This document shows positions 20,172 through 30,567 of a stretch of 64,000 nucleotides of DNA, piece by piece. How positions within the stretch are numbered: the stretch's first letter is position 1; each line of letters opens with the position of its first letter. The stretch comes from Sulfolobales archaeon HS-7. Its GTDB lineage: Archaea > Thermoproteota > Thermoprotei_A > Sulfolobales > Sulfolobaceae. The position numbers were made by a program, and so were the translations under genes. Location: contig AP024596.1 of assembly GCA_019704295.1 (NCBI GenBank), positions 416,001 through 480,000 of the forward strand. Direction: 5' to 3'. The notes beneath the pieces were generated by a model, which ran no database searches, had not been told where the DNA came from, and was given only the letters and a program-made list of their open reading frames with translations.

Positions 20172-21156
20172 ACTTAATTATTGCCTTTATGACATTTCCT
20201 TTCTTCGCCTCATCGACGGCAAGAAAGAATTCATCTAAGGAAAATTCGTGAGTAATAATTTTTTCGAATTGAATTTTTCCCTCGACCAGTAAATCTAGTG
20301 CGGACTTGGTGTCCTCCTCCACAGCAGCGTTACTTGAGATTAGGGATATTTCATTATTTAAGAGGTATTCGGGGGAAACCACTGCCTGTTTGTAAGGCAC
20401 CCCAAAGAGGAGTACCTTTCCCCCTCTTCTAACGGATTTTATAGCGGACTCTATCGCTGCCGGAACTCCAGAAGCTATTATTGCAACGTCAGCTCCCCTC
20501 CCATCAGTTAAGGATCTGACCTCAGTATCTACATCCTTTGCGTTTATTGTAATTCCACCTAATCTCTCTGCAAAGGAAAGTCTATATTCGCTTACATCCG
20601 ATATTATTACGGTCCCATACTGCTTGGCTAACAAAAGATGAAGATCTCCCATAGGACCTGCGCCCGATATGAAAATTGTATCCCCCTTCACCATTCCAAG
20701 TCTCCTCTGAGCCCTTATTACCGTGGCTAAAGGTTCTATTAGAGTACCCTTCTCGAAACTAAGATTGGACGGTAGCTTTAAGACTCCTAGTAAATTTTCC
20801 TTTGGAACTCTGAAGTACTCTGAAAATCCCCCAGGAAAGATATTGGTCCTCCTATACTGAGGACACATCGTAGGACTTCCGTGAGCACAGTAATAACAAG
20901 TGTAGTCTGGGACATGATGATGAACGAAAACCCTATCACCAGGCTCGAAGAGTTCCGTTTTACTCTCCGCTACAACTCCGGCTGGTTCATGGCCCAGTAT
21001 TGGTAGTGACGCGGTATACTCCCCTGACATTTTTTCTAGGTCAGTTCCGCAAAGTCCACATGCCTTCATCTGAATCAAAAGTTCATTATTCCCTATTTTA
21101 GGTACCTCTGTATCTAATAGGCGCGTCCCTTCCTGTGTAATAACTACAGCTTTCAC
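20164..21156 (-). CDS. zinc-dependent alcohol/polyol dehydrogenase (MDR family)
   Basis: CGLCGTD, GHE, CYYC..G....C, GAGPMG; probable start GTG 21156 (MKAVV). Confidence 0.92.
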   Translation of the reverse strand: MKAVVITQEGTRLLDTEVPKIGNNELLIQMKACGLCGTDLEKMSGEYTASLPILGHEPAGVVAESKTELFEPGDRVFVHHHVPDYTCYYCAHGSPTMCPQYRRTNIFPGGFSEYFRVPKENLLGVLKLPSNLSFEKGTLIEPLATVIRAQRRLGMVKGDTIFISGAGPMGDLHLLLAKQYGTVIISDVSEYRLSFAERLGGITINAKDVDTEVRSLTDGRGADVAIIASGVPAAIESAIKSVRRGGKVLLFGVPYKQAVVSPEYLLNNEISLISSNAAVEEDTKSALDLLVEGKIQFEKIITHEFSLDEFFLAVDEAKKGNVIKAIIKSS

Positions 21157-21242
21157 AGGTATGATCTTTCGATACTTATTATAAATGTGAGTGGGTTTAC
21201 CGAAACTGGAACCCTTATAAACACTCAAGTTGAATAATACTT

Positions 21243-21869
21243 GTGCTACAATCACTCATTGAACTTGTATTAATCTGTTCGTCTATAACTAACCCTGCGA
21301 CTTATCTTTTGACACCAGTCGTAGTTGATAAATTGTGGGATACACAGAAGGATGAATACGTGGAGGGAATTTTCAGGAAAATTACAGAAAAGACAGGAGT
21401 AAAAGCTTCTAAAATTGTAATTACGCAAAGAGGTGAGCCTAATGCGTTTGCAATCGAATCATGGAAGAACGAAATAATAGTCGCAGGAGGCCTTGAGAAA
21501 AGGACAAGTGAGGGAGAACTTGAGGCAATTCTGCTTCACGAGATAGCCCATATAGAGAAGAGACATTCGCTAAAGAGAACTCTATTAAGAGAGTTAATTC
21601 TCCTAAGTTCCCTAGTAATTCTGTTTCTGAATTATCAGGTGGAATTACTCCTATTCATTATGTTGCTCTTATTCGTCACGGATATAGAGTATTCTAAGAA
21701 AACGGAACTAGATGCTGATAGAATGTCGGCAGAGCTCACTAAACCTGAGAACTTAGTCAGTGCAATAAAGAAGTTCTCCGTAAGCGAACCTTTTTTCTCC
21801 ACCCATCCGAGCTCCGAAAAGAGAGTCTCAATGATAGAATCTAGAGTAAGAACGTCTTCCCAATCATAG
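21243..21869 (+). CDS. M48 (HtpX-like) zinc metallopeptidase
   Basis: PNAFA, HEIAH, ELDAD, STHPS..KR. Confidence 0.88.
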   Translation: MLQSLIELVLICSSITNPATYLLTPVVVDKLWDTQKDEYVEGIFRKITEKTGVKASKIVITQRGEPNAFAIESWKNEIIVAGGLEKRTSEGELEAILLHEIAHIEKRHSLKRTLLRELILLSSLVILFLNYQVELLLFIMLLLFVTDIEYSKKTELDADRMSAELTKPENLVSAIKKFSVSEPFFSTHPSSEKRVSMIESRVRTSSQS

Positions 21870-22014
21870 CATGGGTTGCTTTTAGATTTACTGTCTTACG
21901 GATTGACCTGTATCTAACTTAACATAATCAATTAAGCTGCGGAGTTAGCTACTTTTTAAAGTTTTTCAGAAAAATTTCTTGGAAAAAATTATGATAATAA
22001 ATTCTCAAGAGCTA

Positions 22015-22134
22015 CTCATGGATCCGGAGAATTACGTTCATGACATTGCTTAGTAACCTCTCCTCCATAAGTCATTACGGAGTGGTTTAGTGGAACATCT
22101 GACGAGGAATCGTAGTTTCTCCGGGAAGCATGAG
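22015..22134. repeat. ~120-bp imperfect long inverted repeat / hairpin
   Basis: CTCATG..CCGGAGAA.TACG pairs with CGTA.TTTCTCCGG..CATGAG; inner AACC/GGTT and CTCC/GGAG. Confidence 0.6.
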
Positions 22135-22312
22135 ACCGTAGGCTAATTATATTAAGATAGTAAAAGTTTTCCAAATTTTAAACTGTGAGAAGCACCTCCC
22201 TACTTTTAGGGATTTGTATGTACTTCTAGGAGAACATGTGAAGCGATAAATTCCAATATCTATATCTAAAAATATTATTCACGTTACTAAAGTAAAATTT
22301 TTAAGGTCGCTT

Positions 22313-22900
22313 TTAATGAAAATGTGACGTATTAAGGGAATTAAGCCATTCTGAGATTATGTTATCTATCTCTTTGTATTGCGATCTCATTGGAGAATGT
22401 TTCATGTCTATGATTTGAAGTTGACACCTCCCTCCACTTTCTCTAATTTTCTCGCATAGAATCTCGCTTTGTCGTTGTTGCACTATATCATCCCTTGTTC
22501 CGTGGATTAGCAGGACATCTTTCAAGCCTTTAACGTAGTTTATCGGTGAAGTATTTCGCAGATACTCCTCTCCTAGACTTGATAGATATTCGTAGTTTCT
22601 ATGTTGTGGAGTTCCTGATGGGAAAGTACTTAAGTAATGTAATTGGAGTAATCTATCAGCAGGAGGTGATACGGCAATAACGGGAATCACCTTTTTCGAA
22701 CCCAGAATTAAGGCAGATGCTCCACCCCTTGAATGGCCTGCTACAAGATCGCAGTTAAATGACGAGTATTTTTCAACGGTTTCCATTATCTCCTCGTCAA
22801 CCTTAGGAACGTAAACTTCACCATACTTCCTCAGAGGTTCCGACAGCCATTCTATCTTCTCAGGTGAGGAATTCAAACCGTGAATAACTAAAATTTTCAT
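22313..22900 (-). CDS. alpha/beta hydrolase (esterase-like)
   Basis: HG oxyanion motif, GHSRG nucleophile elbow, HGTRDD, MKH. Confidence 0.88.
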   Translation of the reverse strand: MKILVIHGLNSSPEKIEWLSEPLRKYGEVYVPKVDEEIMETVEKYSSFNCDLVAGHSRGGASALILGSKKVIPVIAVSPPADRLLQLHYLSTFPSGTPQHRNYEYLSSLGEEYLRNTSPINYVKGLKDVLLIHGTRDDIVQQRQSEILCEKIRESGGRCQLQIIDMKHSPMRSQYKEIDNIISEWLNSLNTSHFH

Positions 22901-22963
22901 ACCTTAAATGTATTGCTAGCAGAATAAATTCCGCATCGTTGATGGTGGAAAAAGCGCCACTAT

Positions 22964-23767
22964 TTAGCCCAAGGCAATAATAAGAGCGCTAATGCTTATA
23001 GCGACAATTCCCAAGACGAAGTCTACTGTATAGATAGAGTTTCTTCTGGCAAAAGATAATAGCAATTTTATTGTAGCTAATCCGGTAAGGAATGCCGCAA
23101 TAATCGAAACTCCCAGACCTAAAGGAGAAAGGGAATGGATGGCAACGTCAAGTATTTTCCTTTGTAGAAAAATCGTTGCTCCTGTTGCGCCTAAAGCAGC
23201 AGGTATATACGCGAGGTAAGAGTACCTAAATGCCTGTTCTGGTTTATATCCTAGAATTAGCATAGTTGATACCGTCATTCCAGATCTACTAACTCCTGGC
23301 AATGCTGCTAGTCCCTGCATAACACCAATTAGGAACATATCCCTTAATGATAAGTTCTTTCCATTAATGAGGTTCCTCCTAAGTCTAGAAAACCTTATGT
23401 AAATTCCGTCCGCAATCAGAATAATGCCCAATATAAGCATAGGATAACCTACGTTATACTGATTGTAAAGTACTTTTGTTGAGATTAAAAACAAAGGAAC
23501 TCCTATTATTCCAGTTATAACTGTAACAACTATCAAAAATGTCAACAGATTCCTGTCTTTGAACACGTTCTTTATGTCGTTTCTGAAGTACACTGCAGCC
23601 GAACCAACCGAACCGATTTCCATGAATAGACCAAACACGTAAGCACTACTTACGGTAATATCAAGGAGGAAGGTAGATGCTAGCAAAACCTGAGTTTTAC
23701 TGCTTATTGGAAGCCATTCTGCTACTCCTTGAATGATCCCGATAATTATAGCTCCTATTAAGTTCAT
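22964..23767 (-). CDS. uppP: undecaprenyl-diphosphatase UppP/BacA family
   Basis: QGVAEWLPISS, LPGVSRSGMT. Confidence 0.9.
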   Translation of the reverse strand: MNLIGAIIIGIIQGVAEWLPISSKTQVLLASTFLLDITVSSAYVFGLFMEIGSVGSAAVYFRNDIKNVFKDRNLLTFLIVVTVITGIIGVPLFLISTKVLYNQYNVGYPMLILGIILIADGIYIRFSRLRRNLINGKNLSLRDMFLIGVMQGLAALPGVSRSGMTVSTMLILGYKPEQAFRYSYLAYIPAALGATGATIFLQRKILDVAIHSLSPLGLGVSIIAAFLTGLATIKLLLSFARRNSIYTVDFVLGIVAISISALIIALG

Positions 23768-23913
23768 AAGTGAGAAGGGGAAACAGTTCTTATATCACTC
23801 CTCTATATATTTTAAGTAGGAAAAATAGAGAATATACAGTATATAGGCCCATCAGGCAGTAAGCATTCTTATCTCTATCGTTCTTTACTAGAGAAAAACA
23901 TTTAGGAGGTTTA

Positions 23914-24226
23914 ATGGACTACCCAGTCCTCACAAACGTGCCATCTACGCACCCCGATAGAGATTCTCTGCTTCTCAGAGAAACCTAGGTCTTGATTCAC
24001 TCACAGCAGAGGTTCCATTGTACGGAACCGTTCTGTCATCTCAGTGTGGAAGAGAGGTTATTGAGGGTTTTCTCTCCACAGGCTTAAGTTTCCCCAGTCC
24101 AGAGGGTACTAACCCAGATCTTAAAGCCAGAGTCCAAAAATTTTACAAAGAGGTATAAAAACGTTTCTATAAGGGGGACTATACATCAGCTCCTTACTGA
24201 AGGGGTCCTCAGCCAGCCTGCCCTCT
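23914..24226 (-). mobile_element. non-autonomous IS200/IS605-derived element (left end + promoter + tnpB 3'/omegaRNA-like region + right end), degenerate
   Basis: Minus strand reads GGACCCCTTCAGTAAGGAG (left-end-like), TTTTTATA, ...CCTGTGGAGAGAAAACC... (tnpB C-terminus-like), CTCTGAGAAGCAG, ...GTGAGGACTGGGTAGTCCAT (right-end-like); no ORF. Family assignment by recall, not by search. Confidence 0.65.
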
Positions 24227-24292
24227 AAGCGTAGGTTGCTATTTACACTAGATACCGTAGAGGTTTTAATTTTCTATGAGGGACAGATTGCG

Positions 24293-25267
24293 ATGAGAAT
24301 TCTCGTAATTGGAGGGGGAATTGCAGGCTCATCAGTAGCATTACTTCTTAGGCAGAGGGGAATAGATGTTACTATTATAGATGAGGGAAAACCCCGAGTG
24401 AACTCAGTTCTGATCCACTCCTTACTCCTTAAGGACGAAGACGTAAATCTCGCAAAGAGAACCTTGGAGCTATATAAAAAGTGGAATATCATACTTAGGG
24501 AGTACAAGTCATATACTATAGGAAATATAGACGAAAGATACTTAGATCAGTGGCATGAGGCGGGAGTGAAAGTAAGGAGGATTTCGATTAGGGAGCTAGG
24601 AGCAGAGGCTTATGAAGCAGTGGGAGGAGATAGATTAGTGAATATAGGGAAATTAATTACCTTGTCTTCTCCTATTCGAGCCAAAGTAAAGCTTACAATA
24701 GAAAACAACACTGCCTCAATACAAGGGGTCAGTTCTAACTTTGACGTAATAGTTCTAGCTTCTGGTGCGTGGAACGGTCAAATGATTAACGCGCCCTTAA
24801 AGTCTTATTACTGCTGGGCTTCCCTTGCAATTACTAATGCGTTTGCAGGAAGCAATATAATTTACGACTATGAGCTCGGTTTCTATTCCAGACCATTTAT
24901 CGGAGAGGGTTTACCACTGTCGATTGTTGGGGACGGAGAGGTTCTAGAATGTCCTCCGAAGAAAGTTCCAAAATTCTCCATTTTTAACGTAATAACCAAG
25001 GTTAACATGAGGTTTCGAGCAATACCCATTATAGTGGGAGGAAACTTCTGTGAAGGCACACCAGATATGCGACCTGTTTACGGTAAAGTACTCGAAAATT
25101 TGTACTTTATTGGAGGGTTAAACGGTTACGGTGCAGAAGTAGGACCTGCAGTTGCTGAAATGTTAGTTAACTACATAATTGATGGATTTGAGGATAAAAG
25201 GTACTCTTTGGGAAGATTTAACGACACAGGAGAATTCTCTCTAGGTAGAGAAGCTCATGAGTTTTAA
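24293..25267 (+). CDS. FAD-dependent oxidoreductase (DAO/sarcosine oxidase-like)
   Basis: GGGIAG dinucleotide motif, LASGAW, TPDMRPVYG, GLNGYG; ATG 24293. Confidence 0.88.
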   Translation: MRILVIGGGIAGSSVALLLRQRGIDVTIIDEGKPRVNSVLIHSLLLKDEDVNLAKRTLELYKKWNIILREYKSYTIGNIDERYLDQWHEAGVKVRRISIRELGAEAYEAVGGDRLVNIGKLITLSSPIRAKVKLTIENNTASIQGVSSNFDVIVLASGAWNGQMINAPLKSYYCWASLAITNAFAGSNIIYDYELGFYSRPFIGEGLPLSIVGDGEVLECPPKKVPKFSIFNVITKVNMRFRAIPIIVGGNFCEGTPDMRPVYGKVLENLYFIGGLNGYGAEVGPAVAEMLVNYIIDGFEDKRYSLGRFNDTGEFSLGREAHEF

Positions 25268-25834
25268 CAAAGTTCCTCTTAGAAATTAGTTTAAGGGACC
25301 ACGCTACTCTTTGTTTTATTATTGAACAGGATCACTTCTATAACCAAAATACAGATAGTTCAAACATTTTCCTCAATTTCAGGTTTTACTACTAAACAAA
25401 AATCAAATAATGACTTAGAATTTCACTATTCCCATAACTAGTGACACTAATTTCGTAAAGTATAGAAAAGTGTCCAAGATTTTTCAGAGAAGAAGTGTCA
25501 TCTCGCGTAGTTCGAGTATGGGGGATCACGTTAATACAAAACGTGAATCAACCTTAAGACAGGACCTCCTATCCAACCGTCGGCGGTGCGATCATGCACT
25601 AAGCTTCTTCACATCAACCTCGCCGTAAATCTCAGTTACATTCCCTTCATTAGCAACTATTATCGCCAATATATTTCACTAAAGCCTAGTCACCTTAATC
25701 CTGACTGATTTCCCCCATTAATGTGAAACGAGGGAAAATGGTAGAAAGCCCAAATCCCATGCTAAATTGGAATACGGAAAATCCGTAAAAAGTGAGATAA
25801 TAGTTAAGGAAAAGTTTTTATTTTTCTCGTCATT

Positions 25835-26680
25835 TTGATAACACAGTTAGAGGTTTGGGAGAGTGGAATAGTTACACACACCCTTTGCAAGGGCCGTGTG
25901 AAAGGTCCTTGTGGTAGGGTGTATTTAGACTTCAGGCCGAGGTATCTCCCTATAGCCTACCCGTTAGGGAACGCGTCGGCCTTTAAAGGCGCGGTAATGT
26001 TGGTTCTGGAAGGGAGTAGTATAAGGTCTTCTATAAAAGTACCACCAAACTTAGACATTATAAGGAAGGCGGCCATTAAATATAAGCCAGATACAGTGGT
26101 TTTTGACCCATTCATAGCAGGAAGAATGACAGATAAGACTGTCTTCAAAGTCATGAGAGAGATAAGTGAACAGATAGGTGCAAATTTTGTATTTAACGAT
26201 AGCGAAACCTACCTTTTCGATGAATTTGGATCAGTCGGTTTTTACACCTCATATGAAATACCAGTCATACGTAAGGTTAACAAAAAACTAATAGCCTTTG
26301 GCATTAAGAACGAGGAGGAGGAAAAAGTAGATTTAGAGCCTTATGATAACACATATGCAAATGCCAGTAAATTTGGTTCTATGTTAAGAAAAAGGTTCCA
26401 CGAAACCATGGATGGGATGGTAAATGTGCTTGGTGCAGGAAACATTATATCAATATATATAGGACCTAAGATAAGGCAATTCAGAGATCTGATATTTGTT
26501 AATCATGAAGCAATGAGACAACTGTCGTTAGCTTTAATTTTAAATGGAGTAATGGCGCACCCTGCTAAAATATTTATTGCGCCTTGTCACACCGAAGATG
26601 ACATTAACGTATTAGCGGAAAAGATTGAAAAAATAGTTCCAACAATTCTAGAGTTGAAGGCAGGAATACCGAAGTCATAG
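25835..26680 (+). CDS. degenerate class-III aminotransferase (HemL/GSA-like) fold protein
   Basis: VYLDF, VVFDP, C-terminal LILNGV...IFIAPCHTEDDI resemble GSA; PLP Asp/Lys motifs are not conserved; only 281 aa. Confidence 0.6.
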   Translation: MITQLEVWESGIVTHTLCKGRVKGPCGRVYLDFRPRYLPIAYPLGNASAFKGAVMLVLEGSSIRSSIKVPPNLDIIRKAAIKYKPDTVVFDPFIAGRMTDKTVFKVMREISEQIGANFVFNDSETYLFDEFGSVGFYTSYEIPVIRKVNKKLIAFGIKNEEEEKVDLEPYDNTYANASKFGSMLRKRFHETMDGMVNVLGAGNIISIYIGPKIRQFRDLIFVNHEAMRQLSLALILNGVMAHPAKIFIAPCHTEDDINVLAEKIEKIVPTILELKAGIPKS

Positions 26681-27150
26681 AGATTTTATCTCTTAGATTT
26701 GAGTAAGAGATTATCGTTAACAATAATGCAAAACTCATTTTCATATAAGTAATTCAATACAATTGTTTCCCGAGTTTAGGCGATTCTAACGTTTTCTTGA
26801 TAAAGCGATTAAAAAAATCATTTTAATTCCAATATTACTGTTTCAATACACTTGAGTTGAATTTAGGGAGATATAATAGTGTAACGGTCCACGAAAGGAC
26901 GCGACAGGACTTCTCCGAATTTCAAGCGCTAAATTAAAGACATTCGATTCCAGCAATCTCTTCCAAATAACGTAGTTCCCTATAGATTTTTGCTTTCTAA
27001 GGAGTGGCGCGTTCCCTTAACTTCATTAATCAAGGTGAGTACCGAAGAGCAAAAATTCGACCCCCAAATTTAAAGTACGGAGCTGAACAAAGCCTAGAAA
27101 GTGTCGTAACAAATGATAATTGCTCTAAGCGTGAGATGAAACCTTCACAC

Positions 27151-29481
27151 TTACCACCAAATAAGTCTTCTCATTATTTGAAAATCCAATTCATTAACGT
27201 CAATTGTAGAACCGTCAATAAAGTCAATTTTTGTGCCTATGATTGATCTTATCCATTTCCCCGTAACAAGGGATAAGGTTTCCGGCAAATCTACGTTATT
27301 TAATTCCTCTAGTTTTAACTTAACCTTATCTTTGCCCATTTCTACCAAACTAAGTAGTTTCGGATCTCTAAGGAACTCATATTTAAAGAACTTCCCCGAA
27401 GTATGATTTAGGTAGATAGAGCTTCTCAATATATCTTCGAACTGTTCCAGCTCGTAATACTTAAAGAATCCCTCAGTTTTTCCCCTATTGTAAAATCTCT
27501 TTATGTCCTCATCCGAAGATATGCCAGAACTGTCAAAGAACAAGACCTTTTTCATTCTAGGCAATACTACAGAGTAAAAGTGATCTCCCATCTCTATCCC
27601 AATCCACCTTCTCCTGAGTTTCTGAGCCACGGCAGTAGTTGTTCCTGATCCGAGGAAGAAATCCATAATAATGTCCCCTTCGTCCGTGGTTGACAAAATT
27701 ACCCTTTTAAGAAGGCTCTCAGAGTTTTCGGTTTCAAATCCCCATCTCCTTGAATAGCCTGGAATATCAGTCCAGTTATTTTTAACCACCGTGTCACTAG
27801 GGTAGTAATACACTTTGTCACCTACTACCTTTAACCTTCTCTCTCTCTCCAAGTAATTTATTTGTTCTTGGGTAAGTCCCCACTTCCTACCATGAGGACA
27901 TCTCATCCTACTTCCCAACACCACTCTGAACTCGTCCTCTTCGTCCTTAGGTTTCCCAGGCAAAAAGGGCTCCCACCACTTACCCATGCGGGGAATAGAA
28001 AGTTCTCTGAACTTAGGGGCGTTTGTTTTAGACCAGTAAAACAGAGTATCTGTATCTACCATGAAACGCTTTATGTTCCTCGCTGATTTGTAGAACTCTT
28101 TAGTTCTGCTTATTACAATCTCGTTCCTAAAATTATCCTTACCGAAGATTTCGTCTCCTAACATCCTTACATATGCGTTACCGTTATAATCACACCGTAT
28201 GAAAATTCCCCCATCATCCCTCAGTATTTCCTTTGCAAGAACTAACCTGTTTTCCAGCATAGTAATCCAAGTGGAGTCCTTATATTTGACGCTATAGAAG
28301 TAATCAGCTTCTTGTTCCTTGTTAAACGGAGGATCTATGTATATAGTTTGAACTCTGCGTTGGAATTTTTGCCTTAATGTGTTGAGAGCCTGATAATTTT
28401 CAGATTTTATGAGCCATCCATCAAGTTCTGAATCAATATTGAAAAGTGAAATGATGTCCTCTTCGACATCCTTAAAATACTTTGTATCTATTGGTAGAGT
28501 TAGGTAATTACCATCCCTTATTTCATTGGCTATTTCCTGGGCTGTATGCGAAATGAAACCAAGTTCTAGCCATTCCTTTACTTGAAGAGGGAAATTCCCA
28601 TGAGTAAGGATCTTCTCTAGTACCCTTTTTCCCCCTTCCTTCCTCAAAATCTTATTAATGGTCACGACGTAGTTTGATTTAAGTACGAAGCGGGGCTTAT
28701 TCCACATTTTTACAAGTTCTTCCTCAAAATTAGCCACTACGTCGATAACCTTTTCAGCCACATGAAGTAGAACTTCCAATTCCTCAATTCTAGACTTATC
28801 AAGAACAGTTCTACTATCAAGGAGATACTGATAAATCCAGATTTTAAGCTGTTCCTCTAAAAAACCACGAGGGTCCTTTGCTAGGAAGTAGTCGATATTG
28901 CTCTGTCTCTCAAAGGTCTTAATAGCTCTCTTGATTAAATCTTGATTAACGTTTAATAACGCCTCACTCGAGTTAATTTCCTCGTCTGACGAATTTACAC
29001 ATATCTCCACAACATTCTCCCTAACTCCACATATCCTATAGCGTAATTTTCCACCCTTAGAGCTATTCACCTTAAACTCAAACTCAACGGGATTAGAGGT
29101 TTCATCGAGTATCACCTTCATCGATTTAAGAACTCTTTCTGACTTTATGTAGTACAAACCTCGAGTTTTCCAAAAGAGAGCTACGTCCTCTCCAAATGCG
29201 TATATCCTGTCGTAAACTGAATATGAATCGGTATTGCAAAGGAAAACTGTCCCAGTCTCACAGAAGTATTTGAAGAAGAAGGTGTACAATTTTGAAAATA
29301 CCTCTTCTCTCAACTCCCTTTTCAGGTTAGAATCGGCATAATTTCTTATCTCCTGAATCGCGTTAAGGAAATACTCTCTCTTCATCCTCATTAAGCGAAT
29401 AAGGGGATCGTTACCTTCCACTTTTTCGCCAACAAATATTTCAGTAAGTTTGGAGAAGAAATCCTCATTGCTATGAGGCAA
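27151..29481 (-). CDS. beta-class adenine DNA methyltransferase (type III Mod-like)
   Basis: Motif IV IYIDPPFN precedes motif I DFFLGSGTT; long N-terminal extension with LFWKT..LYYIKS. Confidence 0.9.
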   Translation of the reverse strand: MPHSNEDFFSKLTEIFVGEKVEGNDPLIRLMRMKREYFLNAIQEIRNYADSNLKRELREEVFSKLYTFFFKYFCETGTVFLCNTDSYSVYDRIYAFGEDVALFWKTRGLYYIKSERVLKSMKVILDETSNPVEFEFKVNSSKGGKLRYRICGVRENVVEICVNSSDEEINSSEALLNVNQDLIKRAIKTFERQSNIDYFLAKDPRGFLEEQLKIWIYQYLLDSRTVLDKSRIEELEVLLHVAEKVIDVVANFEEELVKMWNKPRFVLKSNYVVTINKILRKEGGKRVLEKILTHGNFPLQVKEWLELGFISHTAQEIANEIRDGNYLTLPIDTKYFKDVEEDIISLFNIDSELDGWLIKSENYQALNTLRQKFQRRVQTIYIDPPFNKEQEADYFYSVKYKDSTWITMLENRLVLAKEILRDDGGIFIRCDYNGNAYVRMLGDEIFGKDNFRNEIVISRTKEFYKSARNIKRFMVDTDTLFYWSKTNAPKFRELSIPRMGKWWEPFLPGKPKDEEDEFRVVLGSRMRCPHGRKWGLTQEQINYLERERRLKVVGDKVYYYPSDTVVKNNWTDIPGYSRRWGFETENSESLLKRVILSTTDEGDIIMDFFLGSGTTTAVAQKLRRRWIGIEMGDHFYSVVLPRMKKVLFFDSSGISSDEDIKRFYNRGKTEGFFKYYELEQFEDILRSSIYLNHTSGKFFKYEFLRDPKLLSLVEMGKDKVKLKLEELNNVDLPETLSLVTGKWIRSIIGTKIDFIDGSTIDVNELDFQIMRRLIWW

Positions 29482-29586
29482 TGAATTCCCTATCTCATAG
29501 GGAATTTGTAAATTAATAAACCTTTACTGTCTTAAAAATCTCCCTAGGGGATAGTTCGTAAAATCTTCAGTAGGTTTAATATATAT

Positions 29587-30567
29587 TTGCGTCTAGTGGA
29601 GATCAGAATACCTGAATTGAAGCTTTTAATAATAGCAAGCGGAGGAGGGCATACGGGATTCGCCAGAGCCATTGCCCAATATCTTCCCTTTAAGGCGGAT
29701 TTCGTAATACCCTGTAACGACTCTACGAGTAAAAAAATGATAGAACCTTACGCTGACAAATTGGTTTGCGTAACCAAGTTAAGAATGCCAAATGAATCGT
29801 CACTTGTTATGATACCTCGAACTTTCACAGCGTTATCTCAATCTATAAGTCTTGACTCATATCAGACAGTTGTATCCACGGGAAGCAATCACTCTTTATT
29901 ACCATCATTAGTTGCCAGGATTAGGGGTTCTGAAATATTCGTAATAGAGAGTCAGGATAGGTTTCTGACACGGGGGAAAACAGTTTACCTACTCTCGCGA
30001 GTATCAAAAGAGGTGTTGTTACACTGGAAGGAACAGGAAAGCCTATATCCGTCTAAAGGAGTTCATGTTGGGCCGATAGTAGAGAGACCGAAATATCAAC
30101 CAAGAGATCAAGGATATTACCTAATAACGACGGGAAGTATGGGCTTTCCGAGACTTGTCAGAAGAGCACTTAGACTAAACTACGATTTCGTAATACAGGA
30201 TGCCACAGACCTAGAGGAGCTCAAAGGACATCCAAACTACTTCAAATTCGACCCAGACTTAGAGAAATGGATAGCTAATGCAACCGCGGTTATAACCCAT
30301 CAGGGGAAAACTGCAATGGAAGCAGTGGTTATGTACAGGAAACCTACACTCGTCGTGTATAATAAGGATTGGAAAAGTGCCACTACATTTAGGGATTCCA
30401 TGAAGTATGCGGAAGTTCTTGGCGCTGGATTCCTCCCAGATCCGGTGGATTGGAAGGATGACGAGCTTGATAAAGCATTAAAACAACTTTCAACTCCTAA
30501 GGAAATAGAACCCGGGACTCAGAATGCAGTCAAAAGAATTACTTCACAGAATAGTACTTCTCAATAA
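29587..30567 (+). CDS. agl24: Alg14/Alg13-like (MurG-related) GlcNAc transferase, Agl24-like, N-glycan biosynthesis
   Basis: IASGGGHTG, STGSNH, VIESQDR, ITTGSMG, ITHQGKTAME; probable start TTG 29617. Confidence 0.72.
   Translation: MRLVEIRIPELKLLIIASGGGHTGFARAIAQYLPFKADFVIPCNDSTSKKMIEPYADKLVCVTKLRMPNESSLVMIPRTFTALSQSISLDSYQTVVSTGSNHSLLPSLVARIRGSEIFVIESQDRFLTRGKTVYLLSRVSKEVLLHWKEQESLYPSKGVHVGPIVERPKYQPRDQGYYLITTGSMGFPRLVRRALRLNYDFVIQDATDLEELKGHPNYFKFDPDLEKWIANATAVITHQGKTAMEAVVMYRKPTLVVYNKDWKSATTFRDSMKYAEVLGAGFLPDPVDWKDDELDKALKQLSTPKEIEPGTQNAVKRITSQNSTSQ

Noticed and set aside
22099-22130. Hammerhead-like CTGACGA core (also at about 31646)
   Set aside because: No correctly placed GAAA with stems II/III
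23914-23988. Plus-strand 24-aa ORF MDYPVLTN... with GGAGG upstream (and the similar MNSLLL... at 35799)
   Set aside because: Antisense readings of the conserved IS right end explain them without invoking a peptide
25590-25720. Minus-strand fragment LAIIVANEGNVTEIYGEVDVKKLSA
   Set aside because: Short, preceded by stops, no family recognised
26681-27150. Possible res pseudogene or ORF 27004-27246
   Set aside because: No helicase or nuclease motifs recognised; the ORF is partly antisense to the MTase
30508-30518. GAACCCGGGAC match to tRNA-Ala as a possible second att site
   Set aside because: Only 11 bp, inside an intact gene, no intC nearby
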